A stretch of 64,000 nucleotides of DNA from Octopus vulgaris (Eukaryota), in the NCBI GenBank assembly GCA_951406725.2, contig OX597832.1, positions 69,626,001-69,690,000 on the forward strand. The letters are read 5' to 3'. Shown one piece after another: positions 41,101 to 54,500 of this stretch; the stretch's first letter is position 1; each line of letters starts with the position of its first letter. The notes beneath the pieces were generated by a model. It saw only the letters and a program-made list of their open reading frames with translations, was not told the DNA's origin and searched no databases. Position numbers and translations under genes: made by a program.

Positions 41101-41483
41101 GCAAAGCTAAGAACATTTTTCTCTTTCTTCTCCCTCTTTTTTCCACTCCAAATATCCTAAACGTTTTCAGTACTGACAGCTTGCTGTCGTGTTTAAATGA
41201 TCTCATCGCTGACAACCTGTTGGTTTTTAGCTCCATCGTCCCTTAATTCCGACCGACCTGTTCGCTGGCAATCCTGGCCATTTTTATTTTTTATTCTGCC
41301 ACACGATGACCGAGACGCAAAGCTAAGAATATTTTTCTCTTTCTTCTCCCTCTTTTTTCCACTCCAAATATCCTAAACGTCTTCAGTACTGACAGCTTGC
41401 TGTCGTGTTTACATGATCTCATCGCTGACAACCTGTTGGTTTTTAGCTCCATCGTCCCTTAATTCCGACCGACCTGTTCGCTG
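38152..41483. repeat. 216-bp tandem satellite, 15 full units plus a 98-bp partial unit
   Basis: gtactgacagc starts at 38152, 38369, 38585, 38801, 39018, 39234, 39448, 39665, 39881, 40097, 40313, 40529, 40745, 40961, 41170 and 41386; units nearly identical. Confidence 0.97.
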
Positions 41484-42362
41484 CGCCCGCCCGCCCAAAC
41501 CCAAACCGACCCCCACCACCAATACCGGATATCTCTCTATTCTCTCCCCTTCCCACCCTCTCTTAACTTCCCTCCCTTGTCCCTATGAAACGAAACGAAG
41601 CCAAATGCTGCTGCTGCTGCTGTTGCTGCTGCCATAACTACTGCTATTACCACTGCCTCTGCTACTGCTGATATTGATATTGCTGCTGTTACTACAGCTA
41701 CTGCTGCTGATGATGATGATGAATATTAGTGGTTGAAAATAAACATATAAAATAAACGTAGGCAAAAGAATGGAAAATCTAATAATAGTTTAACATTACT
41801 TGAAACGGTAGTGGGTAGCGAACTTCTTCACTACTTCAGGGAGTGACGACCCTGCCTGACACGAGTTCCGGGCTCAGCTGGCTCCGGTTGACAGTACCCG
41901 GTTTGGGCCCCTATCCTGGGTTACGGAAAGGAGTCAACCTTCAAAGAAATCCGGAGTGGAGCCCCGAAGGCAGTCTAGTGTTCGACTCGACACTCTTCCG
42001 GCAGCGCCTGCAACCAAGCTGGTGCCAAACGTAATGCACTGCACTCCACTGGACTACATCAGCAAGGTCGAGAGAGGAAACCCGACGATTGGGCTACCCA
42101 AGACTTTCTTATCTATAGCCCAGGCCTGCGCAAAACTGGAGAGGACACTTCAGTGCTGCTGTAAAAAGCTGCAGAAACAACACGGGAGGTAACAGTCACG
42201 AGTGATAAGTCCATTCAGATTGGCGTAAAATATGGGCGCTACGGGTTACCTCTGACGGTGGGAGGGACCTCCGTGTCCTAATGGTTAGCTACTGCCCACC
42301 TCAAGCTGGGCAGCCCCCAGTTAATAAGGTGCTGACCCGCCACAGGCCACCTGCTCCATTGG

Positions 42363-43352
42363 GTGCTTGGAGCTAAAGCGGCCTGCAACCTCTGCACCAG
42401 GCAAGCAACTAAAAGTCAAGAAAACACCAGTTCTGTGGTTGCAAGCTGGAATGTCAGGACCATGTGTCCTGGAATATCTGATGATCTTCTCAGGATTGAA
42501 GACACAAGGAAAACGGCCATCATTGACCGTGAACTAAAGAGGCTCAACATAGATATTGCTGGGCTGCAGGAGACAAGACTTCCCTCAAACGGCAAACTCA
42601 AAGAGCAGGATTTCACCTTCTTTTGGCAGGGAAGCGATCCAGAAGAACCTCGTCAACATGGCGTTGGCTTTGCAGTGAGAAACTCACTACTCTCCTCAAT
42701 AGAACCACCATCAGGAGGCACTGAGCGTATCCTCTCACTGCGCCTCTCGACTTCTTCTGGCTCAGTACATCTACTCAGCATCTATGTTCCCACTCTCTAC
42801 AGCTCAGAGGAGACCAAGGACCAGTTCTACAAAGATCTCAACTGTGTCATAGAAAATATACCAACGACTGAAAATATCTACCTTCTAGGGGATTTTAACG
42901 CTCGCGTGGGATCTGACCATGATTCGTGGCCCATTTGTGTTGGACACTTTGGTATTGGCAACATGAATGTCAATGGTCAGAGACTACTCGAATTCTGCAC
43001 ATACAACTTGTGCATCACAAACACATTCTTTACCAACAAGCCATCCCTCAAGGCATCCTGGAGACATCCAAGATCTCACCACTGGCATCAGCTGGATGTC
43101 ATCATTACACGGAGATCCTTTCTGAATTCTACTCTATTGACCCGCAGTTACCACAGCGCGGATTGTGACACAGACCACTCACTAATTAGAAGTAGGGTGA
43201 GGATTCTGCCTAAAAAAGTCCATCGCTCCAAGAAAGTGGGCCGACCACGCATCAACACCGCCAGAACCTCGGACCCTACACTGCGAAAATGTTTTGCTGC
43301 TTCTATCAAGGTTGCCCTCAGTAGCTGCCAAACCTCCTCTGCTGGAAAGTAG
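42363..43352 (+). pseudogene. APE-type endonuclease domain of the RTE ORF, frameshifted at its end
   Basis: SWNVRTM, GLQETRL, GVGFAV, LLGDFNARVG, WHQLD, DTDHSL motifs. Confidence 0.9.
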
Positions 43353-43664
43353 GTGGGACTATATCAAGGAAGCCTTGTATACGACATCAATAGATACTTT
43401 CGGCATGAGAGAAAGGCAAAACCCAGATTGGTTCAATGCTGGGCTCTCAGAGCTGGAGCCAGTTATCGAAGCAAAGCGTGCAGCTCTGATGCAATACAAG
43501 AGTGACTCTTCTACAAAGTCACTCGAAGAACTCAGAAAGGCACGAAATAAAACCCAACTGACAGCCAGATGCTGTGCAAATAGGTATTGGCAGGAAATCT
43601 GTCAGAGTATCCAGTCAGCTGCTGATAGGGGCGACACCCGTGCTGCAGTCGAGAGGTCAAGATC

Positions 43665-44823
43665 TTGCCAGTCATGTGCGAACTTGACAGTCCGCCATCT
43701 ATAGCAGAGCTCACCAAGGCTGTTGACTCCCTAGCAAGAAATAAGGCTCCGGGAAAAGACGGCATCCCCTCAGAGATCATCAAAGCCGGCAAAAACACCA
43801 TCCTGCTTCGGCACCTTCATGAGCTTCTGTGTCAGTGCTGGGAAGAGGGTACAGTCCCTCAGGATATGCGGGATGTTAACATCATTACGCTTTACAAAAA
43901 CAAAGGTGACCGTGGTGATTGTAACAATTACCGTGGTATATCCCTTCTAAGCACTGTTGGAAAGACCTTTGCCCGCGTTATCCTGGCCAGGCTACAACTA
44001 CTTGCTTCTCGAATCTATCCGGAATCGCAGTGTGGCTTTAGAAGAAGCAGATCAACTATCGATATGATATTCTCCATACGCCAACTTCAGGAGAAGTCCA
44101 GAGAGCAGAAAATGCCATTATATATGGCCTTCATTGATCTAACAAAGGCTTTTGACTCGGTAAGCAGAACAGGCCTCTTCATCCTGCTCCAAAAAATCGG
44201 ATGTCCACCAAAGCTGCTGAGGATCATCAAGTCTTTCCATGATGACATGCAAGGCACCATACAGCACAACGGTTCAACATCAGCCGCCTTCCAAATAAAA
44301 AACGGGGTAAAGCAAGGTTGTGTCCTCGCTCCTACATTGTTTGGCATCTTCTTCTCGCTCTTACTTTCACATGCCTTTCAGACATCAGATGATGGAGTGT
44401 TTCTGCACAGTAGAAGTGACGGGAAACTTTTCAATCTCTCGCACCTGCGTGCCAAGACCAAAATCAGAAACGTCCTGATCAAGGAGATGTTATTTGCTGA
44501 TGATGCCGCTCTGGTAACACACAGAAGAAGCCCTCCAAAGGCTCATTAACTGTTTTGAGCAAGCATGTAACGACTTTGGCTTAGCTATCAGCCTTAAGAA
44601 GACCAACATCATGGGCCAGGCTACATCGGACATCCCAAACATACATATTGGAGACCACAGATTACAAGAGGTGGAGAAGTTTACCTATCTGGGCTCTACC
44701 GTCACCTACAACCTATCCCTTGACGCTGAGCTCAATATACGCATTGGCAAGGCAGCTGCTGCGATGGCCCAACTCTCCAAACGGGCTTGGGACAACAATA
44801 AGCTGACCAAGACCACGAAAATG
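43665..44823 (+). pseudogene. Reverse transcriptase domain of the RTE ORF, frameshift near 44520
   Basis: KAPGKDGIP, NYRGISLL, QCGFR, AFIDLTKAFDSV, GVKQGCVLAP, LFADD, then FTYLGS in the next frame. Confidence 0.92.
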
Positions 44824-44923
44824 NNNNNNNNNNNNNNNNNNNNNNNNNNNNNNNNNNNNNNNNNNNNNNNNNNNNNNNNNNNNNNNNNNNNNNNNNNNNN
44901 NNNNNNNNNNNNNNNNNNNNNNN
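44824..44923. other. Assembly gap (100 N)
   Basis: Run of exactly 100 N. Confidence 1.
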
Positions 44924-45137
44924 AGGCGGTTAACTGGCAGAATTGTTAGCGCGCTGGACGATGAAGGTTTGCGGTTTTTCGCCCGTCGCTACGTTTTGAG
45001 TTGAAATTCCGCCGAGTGGTCGACTTTACCTTTCATCTTTTCGGATTCTAGTAAATTAGTACCAATTGAATATTAGGGTCGATGTTATCGACTCATACAC
45101 ACCTCCCCCAAGCTGCCCTGTTGGCGAAAATTTGAAA
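44924..45137 (+). mobile_element. tRNA-derived SINE with a (TAA)n tail
   Basis: ggcggttaactggcagaattgttagc head, gagttgaaattcc B-box-like motif, gtcgactttacctttcatc core. Confidence 0.7.
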
Positions 45138-45166
45138 TAATAATAATTATATTTATTATTATTATT

Positions 45167-45705
45167 TACTTTTAATCTTCATGCTTGTTACTATCACTTG
45201 CCTAGACACACCCGGCGTCCTGGGACGAGTGACGGATAAGAGATGTTACAGTATGACTGGAAGTGTGGGGGAGGGGAAGTGACAGGGGTAGTAGCGAAAT
45301 ATTTTCATATAGAACGAGAGAGACATTTAAATTGATAGTGTTTTTCTAAAGAGGTGGGTAGTAATCGTCAGCACAATCTTTTTGATTTCTCTGAGACATG
45401 GTTCTCCTGGGATATTATCAAGATGTTTTTGACATCCCTTTATTATCATACCTAGAGCACCCACAATAACTGGAACAATTCTCACTTTAAGATGCCACAT
45501 CTTTTGTATTTCAAATTCCACGTCCTTCTATTTACTTAATTTGTCAAATTCCTTTACAGGTATATCCTTATCAGTGGGTACACTTACGTCTGTTAGTCTA
45601 CAAGTATTTACTACAGCCTTTAATGACTATGTCTGGTCGATTAGCCTGGATCGTTGTGTCGGTGTTGATTGGAAAATCCCAGAGGATAGTGTCATTATTA
45701 TCTTC
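45167..45705 (-). mobile_element. R4/Dong-type non-LTR 3' fragment (restriction-like endonuclease domain plus 3' UTR)
   Basis: ILWDFPINTDTTIQANRPDIVIK..DVSVP.D....KEFDKLSK*KDVEFEIQKMWHLKVRIVPVIVGALG; ends in TAA repeats. Confidence 0.85.
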
Positions 45706-45935
45706 AATTACTTGCTCAAAATACATTGCGTTTGTTCTGATCGCTAGCTGATGATTGCAACTCGTTGATGACTAGTAACTATTCAGAAACCCAGTTCAGT
45801 GTGTATCAAGTAATTCTAGAGATGGAAACGATGATTTCCCTTCGCAAATGCTAATCGGTGACAGACAGTGTGTTATTAGCCAGCTGGAGATTCCGTGCTG
45901 CTACTGTTTACGTCTCGCTCAGAGATTTAATTTTG

Positions 45936-45981
<46 letters not shown>

Positions 45982-46047
45982 ATACTAAAAGTAAGGATTA
46001 CTCCGGGGAAGCAATATCATTACCTTTAATTCTATAATTATATACAG

Positions 46048-46082
<35 letters not shown>

Positions 46083-47039
46083 ATATATATAAATACAAGA
46101 GTTGAGATGTATAAATATATATATGTAAAAACACACGCACACACACATACACACAGACACATATATATATATACGTCTGTATATGTATATACACGTCTTC
46201 ACCTATACAATATCAATATATATATATATATACATACACGTTATACCTGCAGATATTTCAATGTATGCGTGCGCTTGAGTGTGAGTATGGAATTAATACC
46301 AAATTATGATATGAGATACTGTCAAGTCTAACGGTTTCAATCATGTCAACAAATACTGGCGAAATGATAACAGAGATAAGCATCAGAATCCAACTTTATT
46401 TTTGTCAATCAGAATGTCTATTTGTCTGGCTTTCTCTTTGTCCGTCTCTCCCTCTTTCTCTTTGTAGGTAGTTTTGAAATATAAGGGCTTTGATCGAGTT
46501 TAAAAGGAAAACACATCAGAACAATAGAGACTAGATACATTCTCATATGTGGCAATCTAATATAACAAAAGTGTATAAAAGTGTAAAAGAAACACTGCTC
46601 TTCGAAATCATTGTGTTTTCTAATGTTTGATATTTTAGTTTTTGATAAAATCATTTTAATGCCAAAAACGGTATCGGTGTTAGGGTGAGTAAAGACATGA
46701 TACTGAAAAAAGAGATAAAACAGTACGAAATATATTTGGCCTTCTATAAAAGGAGTTAAAAACAAAAGCTGAACTATAAACACGATTTATACATTAATGA
46801 TGTGTCTGATTCGAAATTATACACAGTTAACTTTACGCTTCATATTTTTGTGACGGGTTAGGGTATTATTTCAATAGCATAATACGGTGTGAATGTGAGC
46901 ACGTGTGTGTATAGTATATACGTGTGTGTGTGTGTGTATACATTAATAACATAAAGGGGAATGCGCGTATGTGTGTATATATACATAAATAAATACATAT
47001 ATATATACAAACATAGATCTTAATAACATTATAACAAAA

Positions 47040-47076
<37 letters not shown>

Positions 47077-47094
47077 CAACAAAACGACAGAACA

Positions 47095-47139
<45 letters not shown>

Positions 47140-47867
47140 TAAACAGATGATAGATACATAGAAAGAGGAGAATCTTTTAACACATCAGTTTAGATAAGGT
47201 TATTCTCATAGGTATATTTTGAAAAGAAATGCTTCAAAAGAACACACACTCATATGTGTGTGTGCGTGTGTATATATATTGTATATGTATATGCGTATGT
47301 GCTTGTGCATATATATGTATGCACATATATTTATGGGCAAATATAGCAGAATGTATGCATATATATGTATGTATGTATGTATATACCTATGCCTATGTTT
47401 CTATCTATCTGTTTATATGTGTGAGTGTGCGTGTGTGTGTGAGTAATATGCAAGGTCTACATAACACAATAGGGAAATTTTACAATGCAGCTAGCTATCA
47501 GAAAATAATGTATTTTTGATACAATAATATATTGCTATTTAAACATATTGTTAAATATTTTTTTTTAAATGACTATTTATTCATCCTTCGTTTATAACTT
47601 CTTATGAAGGGGTTTTTGAAACGAACAACATTCTTGTTTTCCGTATATCTGAGCAGCTGGAATTGTTGTCAACTTCTGCACACCTATTACTGGCTCAAAA
47701 AATATCCTATCAAAATACCATAGAAATCGGCGGATGTACTTGAACCAGTGCTCAATGGCATATTCAGGAAACCCTGTCTGTGTGTCTGCAAATTTTCAAA
47801 GGTTTTGCATCCTGATATCCTTTGCCTAAATGTTTCTCTACAATCTCCTTCCGGTGTCGTTTTACCA

Positions 47868-47969
<102 letters not shown>

Positions 47970-48899
47970 GTGAGTGAGCTACTTCACACACAGACACAAA
48001 AAATTAATAATAAATACATGAAGCTATACAACTGAAAACATTCCAGACACTCAGCACATGTTGAGAGTGAACAACCCTGTCCAGTAATAATGACCTGCAG
48101 TTGCGGTGAAAGGAAATCATTAAGTTTTTATTGAGCAAATCTCTTTTGAAAAACGTTCAAAGAACATAGTTTCACCCTCTTAGTTGTTTCTGGTTTAGGA
48201 TGAAGATCAGCAATTTTGATGGATGGCGTCTTGTCAAAACCATCGATTGCAGTGTTTGATTGTCACTTTCTTTTATCGACCTCGATAGGAAGAAAGGTGG
48301 GCTTAGCCTCGATGGGATTTCAACTGAAGGCTTAAAGTCTCAAGAGAAATAAAGCAAAGGATTTTGTCGGATACCATAACGAGTCTGCCAATGCACCAGT
48401 CTTGCGACTAATCTAGTAATTTAACAAGCAAAAGCAGACAAAATTTGTAGAAAATATTGAAGTCAAATATATTATTAAAAATATAACGTAACAGATATTT
48501 AATAAAATATAATTCTCTTTATTTTTCTTTTGGCATGATATATTTACAATTTCTATGTATACATATTTTTACATGACATTTCTCTGATGGCTTTCATTTC
48601 GGATTAGTTACGCTACAGTACAGGAGCAGCTTTCTATTCTAAAATAGATTATTTTCATAGCTTCATTATTCTCTTACACTTCGTTGTTTCGTCAATCAAA
48701 ATATATTTTCGCCATGTTGGATAACACTTCGGCAGTAATTCATTTGTCTCTATTTTTTTTTTGGTTACATTTCTGTTTTCTCAAGGTTAGTTTCCCTTTC
48801 TACATTTTGTAGAAATTTTAGCTTTAAGGTAAATTATCGGACCACCACAAACAAGCATCACCAATATCACCACTGCCACCACCAACATGTGTTGTGATG

Positions 48900-50090
48900 G
48901 TAATGAGATGAGGAAAGATTATCAGGACAAAAGGCATACGTTTGCCAACTGGTGAAATGATGAAGGCAGTTCAACCTTAATCCAGCTATAAGTACCCGGG
49001 AATACTTGAGGCAAATGGAACCAAACACCAGGACATGGAGGAAAAGACAAAAAGAGAGTACCTGCGGAGAGTAGGACAAATATTGGCTTCAAAGTCGCAG
49101 TATCTCTGTATGGTGCTGGAATCCCGAAGTGGACAGAGAATGAGCTAAAGATGGACAGGAAGTCAAGAAAGTCCCTAACATGACATGGAGCCCATCATAC
49201 ATGTGCAGATACCGATCGCCTATACACGAAGAGAGCAACTTGCAGAAGAGGATTGATAAGTGTGGAAGACTGCGTGTGTATCGAACTCGAGAGCGTAATG
49301 AAATACCTAGCTCAAAGTAAAGAAACCTTGTTAGTATCATTCAGTAACGAGGGAGTATTGAAATTTTTAAAAAAATGGAAAAAGAAAGGAAGAAATACAG
49401 AAAGGACATGGAGAAGGATTACGCAAGAAGGGACCACAATCAATTCCATGTAGCCACATCAGAAGTTGCTGGGGAAAATAGTTGAGATTGGCTGATGAAA
49501 GGAACAATAAAAAAAGAGACCGGAATCACTATACTGGCAGCACTACACCAAGCTTTGGCCACGAACTGGCGGGTTAACCTTTGGAATGAGCAATTGTCCG
49601 TGCTGTGCCGCATCTGTAATAGAGTGGGTGAAACCATTTCTCATATCACAAAATAATCCCTTAGACTTGCCCCAAACTGTGCGACCATGCGATAGGAACC
49701 AGATATAGTGTTAATTGAAAAAGAAAGCAAACGATGCTGAATCATAGATATAGCATACCAAGCTGACAATAAGGTATGCGAGAAGGAAGAAAAAAAGTTG
49801 ATAGATATAACAAGTTAGCTAGGGAGGTTAAGCAGTTGTGGTCGCTGAAAATGGTGGTAGTAGTACCAATAATTGTCGGAGCCCTGAGAACAGTGAGTAA
49901 AATCTTGAGAAGTACATGGAACAAATAGGGGCTGTAATAAGGATGGTGCACTTTCAGAATACAGCACTACTTGGAACCGCTCGAATACTCCGGATGGTGC
50001 TCGAAAAATGAAAGGTGTTACCTTAGTTCACTGGTAGTGAATAACTGACACGTAGTAGATCTCCAGCGTTAGAAGCTGTGAAAAGACAAC
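48900..50090 (+). mobile_element. Decayed R4/Dong-type non-LTR element, 3' half
   Basis: YKYPGILE..KREYLRRV, DRLY..RGLISVEDC, CRIC..ETISHI, PDIVLI..IIDIA..EK..RY..LAREVKQLW..VVPIIVGAL, ALLGTARILR; stop at 50009-50011; followed by (AAC)n(AAT)n. Confidence 0.85.
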
Positions 50091-50117
50091 AAAAACAACA
50101 ACAACAACAACAACAAC

Positions 50118-50206
<89 letters not shown>

Positions 50207-50404
50207 CAATAGCAACAACAATAATAATAATAGACAAGAGGTAGTGTGCGATGCGATTACAATAGATATCGCTTGACTGGAAAGTTCAAATAATGGTGTG
50301 GATATATATGTATATATATGCATATATATATCCACACATATACATATATACACACATACACACACACACACACATATATATATATTCATTTATACATGTG
50401 TGTG

Positions 50405-50443
<39 letters not shown>

Positions 50444-50444
<1 letters not shown>

Positions 50445-50545
50445 AGGCGCAAACGTGGCTGTATGGTAACAAGCTTGCCTCACAACCAGATGATTTTGGG
50501 GTCAGTCCCATTGCGTGGAACCTTGGGCAGGTGTAAAGCCCGTCG
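50444..50545 (+). mobile_element. SINE 5' fragment (1650 family)
   Basis: aggcgcaaacgtggctgtatggtaacaagcttgc...cagtcccattgcgtggaaccttgggcaggtgt. Confidence 0.6.
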
Positions 50546-51345
50546 TGTGTGAGTGTGTGTATGTGAGTGTGTTTGTGTGTGTGTGCGTGCGTGCGTGTGT
50601 GTGTGTGTAAAAGGGTTTAGAGGGCTCATCACAATCATGAGATAGTGAGTTCGATTCTCGGACGGGGATGTATGTTGTGTTCTTGAACAAAACTCACTCT
50701 ATTTCATTTGATTAAAGTATATTCCCTGACGAGTAGCTAGCGGGTTACTTCTCGTTTGATCAATTACTACTTCCAATGTTCTGTTAGGAAACATAGAGCC
50801 TGGATTTTATAAACTCTATTCCCTGATTTGGGATTTATAGTCACTCGCACAAAACAACCCCTGCTGCTAACCGTAACATATAAAACAATCTGTTCAGCTT
50901 ATCGAACTTCGATACAGGAAAAATGTACAACCTTCTATGTAGATAAACAACTTTTGTTACTGAAAGTTGTTTTTATAACTCCTACGGACTGCTTGAAGCT
51001 TACTAAAATCCGACATCTTGGTCCTTGCACCTCACTTTTACATATACTCGTATGCGTACACACACATACGCATAAGCGCGCGTGCACATGCACACACATA
51101 TATATATGTATGTATGCTAATATCAAAGAGTAAGAACGAGTCCTCAACACCGTATTGATCAATATGCATTCATTATTTCTGGGTTAACAATGTAATTAAT
51201 GGTTTCATGTGGAATGATATTCTTAATAGTCCAAGCGTGCCACATGGAAATGTTGGGACTCCACTCCATTTTGGATGAGAATGTATATATATGTGTAAAT
51301 ATATATATATATATATATACATATATATGTATGTATGTAAGTATG

Positions 51346-51377
<32 letters not shown>

Positions 51378-51391
51378 TGTATGTATGTATG

Positions 51392-51425
<34 letters not shown>

Positions 51426-54052
51426 TGTATGTATGTATGTATGTATGTATGTATGTATAGAGAGAGGAGAGAGAGAGAGCGATTATTTGAGTATTTGACA
51501 AGTACTTAATACTAGTTCAAGAAGAATGAATTCTAAGTTCAACCTTGGTTCGGCTTCCACAGAGTCTTAAATGTCCTGCTTTTTACCGCTAGGTATTTTC
51601 TCCGAAGTTCTACTCATACCAATACATTTCATTTAATTACACTTGTTAAAGTGCCGACTATAATTATGTCTAACCTAGATAAATAACTAGAAATTTTACA
51701 ATAAAAAGAGAGAGATGATTCCATTGCAACCATCCACCCTTGAAATCACGAGAGAGAAAATTGAATTTAGTGGCAATTGAACCATGGGACACAAAGAACC
51801 TGGAAAATATGCCAGAGCGAAGAGACTTTGCCCGGGGCTCTGACAGTTCTTCCAATTAGAGCATAACTCTTTGTTTAATAGAACAATGCATTTTTATTTT
51901 ATGTTATTCTAAATACGAACAGCATTTATTATTGATCAAAAATATATGCAATCGGTCTAAATTTGATTTGTAAGTTATCTTTGAAGATGGAATAATTCAA
52001 TATTTTGGTCAGGAATTCCAGTTCCAGCAGAACAGCTGAAGGGATCATGAACTTATTGCTGGCTGCAACACCCAAAACGCCAACATTGATATAGAAATAA
52101 GTATGAATGTGTGTATATACGTGAGTTTTTGCCAGAGAGTGAGCTTGTATGGTGGCGAGTGTTTGTGTGTGTGCGCGCATCTGTATCTGCTTGCGCGTGA
52201 GTGTGCGCGTGTTTATGGGGCTTTTGCTTGTTTGTACATATTTATCCTTGTTCTTGTCTCTTTATGTTGAATTCACATCTGCGTTCCAATGTACGCACAC
52301 ACATAGATACACATACATGAATATAGTACTTGTACATGAATATAGTTTTAGCACGTACACATATATGGTATATATGTATTTATGCATATATGTATATATG
52401 TATGTGTGTATATATATGCATATATTTAACGATCTATGCATATGCATATACATAGCGTTCGTAATACATATTTTGAATATGGTTATCTATATTTTATATA
52501 TATGTACATAGTTGTAAAAGTTATATAATATACATATACGTAGAAGTGTGTGTGTGTGTGTGTGTGTGCGTGCGTGTGTGTATGTGTGTGCGTATCCAAT
52601 TATGTCATGTATACTAGACACTCAACTATTGTCCCTCTTTTTTTTCATATGGATAAAAGTAACAACAACGAAAGTTAAAACCAAAATATTGGTTATGTCA
52701 GAATTTTCAGTCAACGATACTTATGTTAAGTGTTCGTTCAGTAATTATAAATGAGATCGCTGTCTCTTAGAAGCCATATACTTATTCCCAAATTCTACCG
52801 TGAATTCCAAATAGTGTTATCTACTTAAATATTCTGTTTCTAAAACGCCTGCTACTGATTTCAAGCGAAGTATTCTCAGAGAGTTTGAGTAGTTGAAAAT
52901 CCTCTCTCCCGTCAAACAACTTTCAATTTCACCAAATAGAATTAGTTTCTTTTTGTAACAAGTAAGAAAATGTAGTGGTTTTTTAATGAAGGGAAGCTGT
53001 TATGGTAGCAGCATTTCCCAAGAGGAATTAGTATTGTTATTGATGAAGAGAAATCTGTGTTACAACTGATGTCGCCATTTTCGACTTGATTCGTCTTATT
53101 TGTAAATGCTTCCATGATGCAGGCGCCACGATCAAGTTCTGTTAGAAGTTTATTTCTAAGTGGGCCTTAGACGTATATTGTTGCCGTACAGTCGCACATA
53201 AAGCGAGATCTAACACATGGTCGATGATTAAAAGTTTATTTGCAACAGCCACTTTGTTACTTAAGCAATATCTATAATGACGCGATCCAATGTGTCCTTC
53301 CCTCGCCCATTCTTCTTAGGCGGTAGAGTGTACGCCAAGCGACATTTCGCTACTACTTCTTGCAACTGAAATATCTATGCAAAAGTACCAAGGCGGGCTT
53401 TGGAGGGTGTGTTTTCATGTAAGATGAAAACGTGGAGGTCCAAAATAAATGTTGTTCTGAAATATGTTATGGCGAAATGTGAAATTTAATTTTTTCAAAC
53501 TTCTATTTAAAGTATATTGCATCATTGGTACTTACATACATACATACATATTATTAGAGCCCTGGGATATGTAATACGCTGCCTAAATCGCCATCTTGAG
53601 AAATTAGGTTTCTCAAAACCAGAAAAGAGAAAGCTAATTCGAAGACTACAGATCTAGTCCATCACCAGAACTGTAAAAATCTGTAAAACTTTCGGGAAGT
53701 CTATCATTTAAATATATATGAGCATGTGTAGATATTTAACTATATGCATGAGAATACATACGTAAAGCATACAAATCTGCACGTACATACATACATACAT
53801 ACATACATACATACATACATACATACATACATACATACATACATACGTACGTACGTACGTACATACATACATACATACATACATACATACATACATACAT
53901 ACATACATACATACATACATACATGCATACAAAAATGCCCTGTTGTTGATGCTCAAATTCCATTGAAGAAGCCTCGGATCTAGGTTAGAAACCATGTCTT
54001 TGTCTATTGGCAAGCAATCTTGAAATAAACTAAGCAATCACATACATTTATA

Positions 54053-54258
54053 CGAGAGGGGGTGCTGAAAAGTTCCTGGCTTTGGGTAAAAAACTAAATT
54101 CGAGGACCAGTTAATTATGATTTTCTCTCTCAGATTCACATACTTATTGCAGCGGTCTTTCAGCTTTTCTTAGTTCTGTAAAAGAACTCAGAAGGTTGGG
54201 CCTCCAACCAGGGCTTTCGCAAAACACTTAAAGCCGGGAACTTTTCAGCTCCCCCTCG
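54053..54258. mobile_element. Tc1/mariner-derived MITE
   Basis: About 30-bp TIRs cgagagggggtgctgaaaagttcctggcttt / aaagccgggaacttttcagctccccctcg, with TA on both sides. Confidence 0.85.
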
Positions 54259-54261
54259 TAC

Positions 54262-54500
54262 ATGCATACATACATAACAACATACATACATAATATACAT
54301 GCATACATAACAACATACATACATAATATACATGCATACATAACAACATACATACATAATATACATGCATACATAACAACATACATACATAATATACATG
54401 CATACATAACAACATACATACATAATATACATGCATACATAACATGCATCCATACATACTTACATAACATACATACATACATACATAATATACATACATA
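54262..54500. repeat. 33-bp minisatellite built from (TACA)n, about 5-6 copies
   Basis: Unit catgcatacataacaacatacatacataatata. Confidence 0.85.

Larger units (their letters stand above)
41806..44823 (+). mobile_element. RTE-clade (BovB-like) non-LTR retrotransposon, near full length; 3' end lost in the gap
   Basis: Abrupt GC-rich 5' UTR from about 41806, then a single APE-endonuclease plus RT coding region with no ORF1. Confidence 0.9.

Noticed and set aside
38152-41483. 216-bp array as a repeat-protein CDS, CRISPR array or canonical retrozyme
   Set aside because: The frames I translated hit stops within each unit and the ORF track shows nothing spanning the array; there are no spacers; I could not build a complete hammerhead, HDV or twister fold on either strand.
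44611-44949. ORF running across the N gap
   Set aside because: Artefact; the sequence after the gap is a SINE and need not be contiguous with the RTE.
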